Of a DNA stretch of 64,000 nucleotides, positions 61,507 through 64,000 are shown one piece after another. Each line of letters starts with the position of its first letter. The first letter of the stretch is position 1. The notes under the pieces were generated by a model that saw nothing but the letters and a program-made list of their open reading frames with translations, ran no database searches and was not told the origin of the DNA. Source of the DNA: Escherichia coli (GTDB taxonomy: Bacteria > Pseudomonadota > Gammaproteobacteria > Enterobacterales > Enterobacteriaceae); assembly GCF_016903815.1 (NCBI RefSeq), contig NZ_CP069973.1; one strand, given 5' to 3'. A program made the translations under genes and the position numbers.

Positions 61507-61788
61507 TTAATCGTAGCGATTTAACACGATTCGACGTTTGCTATCGCTACCTGCAACAACCACTTCTGTCGTTACACCTTTGACTGGCGAAGAAACCTGA
61601 TGACGGGTATCAACATCATACGTTAACTGACCACAATACTGTTGAGGTTGACCATTAACCATAGCCATACTGCATGTTGGGGGACTGATCCTGCCATTAA
61701 TCGTTAATGTGGCAGTCTGTGAAGAGAACGCGGGAGAAGCCATTCCATAGGCAAGAAAAATAATTCCTGACAGCCAGTACTTATTCAT
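61507..61788 (-). CDS. yehE: Small secreted protein YehE
   Basis: 93 aa with a signal peptide. Upstream of yehD, as in K-12. Confidence 0.8.
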   Translation of the reverse strand: MNKYWLSGIIFLAYGMASPAFSSQTATLTINGRISPPTCSMAMVNGQPQQYCGQLTYDVDTRHQVSSPVKGVTTEVVVAGSDSKRRIVLNRYD

Positions 61789-62050
61789 TGAACGTTATCC
61801 CTGTAGTAAAGGTTATGCCTGGATAGAATGAGTGCATAACAAACTATAGCTGTACATCCACTACACAGCCACGAAGGATGATAATGAAGCATTGCCTGTA
61901 CGATCAATCGACTTTATAGAGTTTCGGACGAAGGTCCGCAGAATATTTGCAGCATTAAATAAGTGTTCATTAATGCGGCAAAAACAAATACACCGCATCA
62001 ATGTAACATCTCTGCGGTGTATGAAAAACAACCAAAAAGGTTAATACGCG

Positions 62051-63160
62051 TTAGACCGCGCGGAAGGAAATCTCGCCAGGAATGACTTCTCCCTGCCAAT
62101 AAAGCTGGGCTGCAACGCGGTCAGCCAGCTGGCGGTAGATAGCGGTAAATTCGCTCTCCGGACGGCTGATAACCGTTGGCGTGCCTTTATCGAGATCTTC
62201 ACGTAAGGAGATGTGTAACGGCATCTGCCCCAGCAACTGCGTGTGATATTTCTCGGCCAGTTTCTCTGCACCACCGGTACCGAAAATCGGTTCATGGTGA
62301 CCACAGTTACTGCAAATATGCACACTCATGTTCTCGACAATACCGAGCACCGGAACCTCGACTTTCTCGAACATCACAATGCCTTTTTTCGCATCGATCA
62401 ACGCAATGTCCTGCGGAGTGGTGACCACTACCGCGCCAGTTACTGGTATGTTTTGTGCCAGTGTCAATTGAATGTCACCGGTGCCTGGCGGCATATCAAG
62501 CACCAGATAGTCGAGATCCGGCCACAAGGTTTCCTGCAACATCTGCATTAACGCCTTGCTCGCCATCGGACCACGCCACACCATCGCATTGTCGTCAGTG
62601 ACCAGATAACCAATTGAATTGGTTGCCAGTCCATGAGACATAATCGGTGCCATATGGGTACCGTCCGGCGAAGTTGGACGCTGATTTTCTGCACCCAGCA
62701 TGGTGGGTATTGATGGGCCGTAGATATCGGCGTCCAGAATGCCGACTTTCGCCCCTTCCGCCGCCAGTGCCAGCGCCAGGTTTACCGCCGTGGAGGATTT
62801 ACCCACGCCGCCTTTACCGGAGCTGACCGCAATGATGTTCTTCACGCCGTTAATTCCCGGCTGATTCTTCACGCGTTTTAAGGTGGCGATATTGTGCGAC
62901 AGTTTCCAGTCGATAGCTTTCGCCCCGGTGATGCGCAGCAGTTCGGCGCTACATTGCTCTTTTAACTCTTCGAACGCGCTATGCCAGACGAATGGCATAA
63001 CCAGTTCCACATGCAACGTGTCGTCCATCCAGGCGACATGGTGCAACGCTTTCAGCGTGGTGAGGTTATGCTTCAGGGTTGGGTGCTGAAAATTGGCCAG
63101 TGTCCCGGCGACCATTGCGCGCAAGGCTTCTGGTGATTTGGCCTGGGATTGTTCGTTCAT
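62051..63160 (-). CDS. mrp: Fe-S cluster carrier ATPase Mrp/ApbC
   Basis: 369 aa from 'MNEQSQAKSPEALRAMVAG...'. Deviant Walker A 'SGKGGVGKSS' and a CxxC motif 'CSNCGH'. Confidence 0.94.
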   Translation of the reverse strand: MNEQSQAKSPEALRAMVAGTLANFQHPTLKHNLTTLKALHHVAWMDDTLHVELVMPFVWHSAFEELKEQCSAELLRITGAKAIDWKLSHNIATLKRVKNQPGINGVKNIIAVSSGKGGVGKSSTAVNLALALAAEGAKVGILDADIYGPSIPTMLGAENQRPTSPDGTHMAPIMSHGLATNSIGYLVTDDNAMVWRGPMASKALMQMLQETLWPDLDYLVLDMPPGTGDIQLTLAQNIPVTGAVVVTTPQDIALIDAKKGIVMFEKVEVPVLGIVENMSVHICSNCGHHEPIFGTGGAEKLAEKYHTQLLGQMPLHISLREDLDKGTPTVISRPESEFTAIYRQLADRVAAQLYWQGEVIPGEISFRAV

Positions 63161-63291
63161 CCCGACTCCTTTTTTGTATAGATAAACCATCAGCTGATAG
63201 TTTACCTGAAGAATATAGAGAAGTACTTACTTAACATTTTTCCATTTGGTACTATCTAACCCCTTTTCACTATTAAGAAGTAATGCCTACT

Positions 63292-64000
63292 ATGACTCAA
63301 GTCGCGAAGAAAATTCTGGTGACGTGCGCACTGCCGTACGCTAACGGCTCAATCCACCTCGGCCATATGCTGGAGCACATCCAGGCTGATGTCTGGGTCC
63401 GTTACCAGCGAATGCGCGGCCACGAGGTCAACTTCATCTGCGCCGACGATGCCCACGGCACACCGATCATGCTGAAAGCTCAGCAGCTCGGTATCACCCC
63501 GGAGCAGATGATTGGCGAAATGAGTCAGGAGCATCAGACTGATTTCGCAGGCTTTAACATCAGCTATGACAACTATCACTCGACGCACAGCGAAGAGAAC
63601 CGCCAGTTGTCAGAACTTATCTACTCTCGCCTGAAAGAAAACGGTTTTATTAAAAACCGCACCATCTCTCAGCTTTACGATCCGGAAAAAGGCATGTTCC
63701 TGCCGGACCGTTTTGTAAAAGGCACCTGCCCGAAATGTAAATCCCCGGATCAATACGGCGATAACTGCGAAGTCTGCGGTGCGACCTACAGCCCGACTGA
63801 ACTGATCGAGCCGAAATCGGTGGTTTCTGGCGCTACCCCGGTAATGCGTGATTCTGAACACTTCTTCTTTGATCTGCCCTCTTTCAGCGAAATGTTGCAG
63901 GCATGGACCCGCAGCGGTGCGTTGCAGGAGCAGGTGGCAAACAAAATGCAGGAGTGGTTTGAATCCGGCCTGCAACAGTGGGATATCTCCCGCGACGCCC
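63292..64000 (+). CDS. metG: Methionyl-tRNA synthetase, N-terminal part (continues beyond the window)
   Basis: Not in the ORF track because it has no stop codon in the window. My translation from ATG 63292: [46 protein letters not shown]..., with the HIGH-type 'SIHLGH' motif and the zinc knuckle '[18 protein letters not shown]'. Confidence 0.95.

Overview
This window is an Escherichia coli chromosomal segment with K-12-like gene order: mdtD'-baeS-baeR-yegP-yegQ-cyaR, then yegR-yegS, the gat operon, fbaB, yegTUV, yegW, yegX, thiMD, rcnR-rcnA-rcnB, yehABCDE, mrp and metG'. It is interrupted by a complete P2-family prophage of about 33.2 kb (4926-38143). The prophage is integrated into the 3' end of the cyaR sRNA gene and is bounded by a 27-bp direct repeat. 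Its backbone is a gene-for-gene match to P2: ogr-D-U-T-E/E+E'-FII-FI-G-H-I-J-W-V-S-R-lysCBA-K-Y-X-L-M-N-O / P-Q-cos ... A-orf83..78-B-cox / C-int. All three classical P2 moron positions carry visibly AT-rich genes that are not P2 genes.

(1) Between cos and gene A (the old/tin position) there is a three-gene cassette: a MORC-like GHKL ATPase, a translationally coupled 330-aa partner, and a convergent C5 DNA methyltransferase. No recognisable nuclease is present. This is my top candidate for an undescribed methylation-linked defence system.
(2) Between S and V (the orf30 position) there is a 357-aa protein with two C-terminal transmembrane (TM) helices.
(3) Between G and FI (the Z/fun position) there is a 197-aa N-terminally anchored protein.

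Other notable points:
- gatZ is frameshifted while gatR is intact.
- A degenerate P2 arm/core remnant lies just outside the int-proximal att site.
- The immunity repressor looks chimeric.
- The thiM TPP riboswitch and the RcnR operators are present.
- metG is a partial CDS that is absent from the ORF track.

All identifications rest on reading the sequence and translations and on my recall of E. coli K-12 and P2 proteins. No database search was run. I saw no CRISPR array, tRNA/rRNA gene or IS element.
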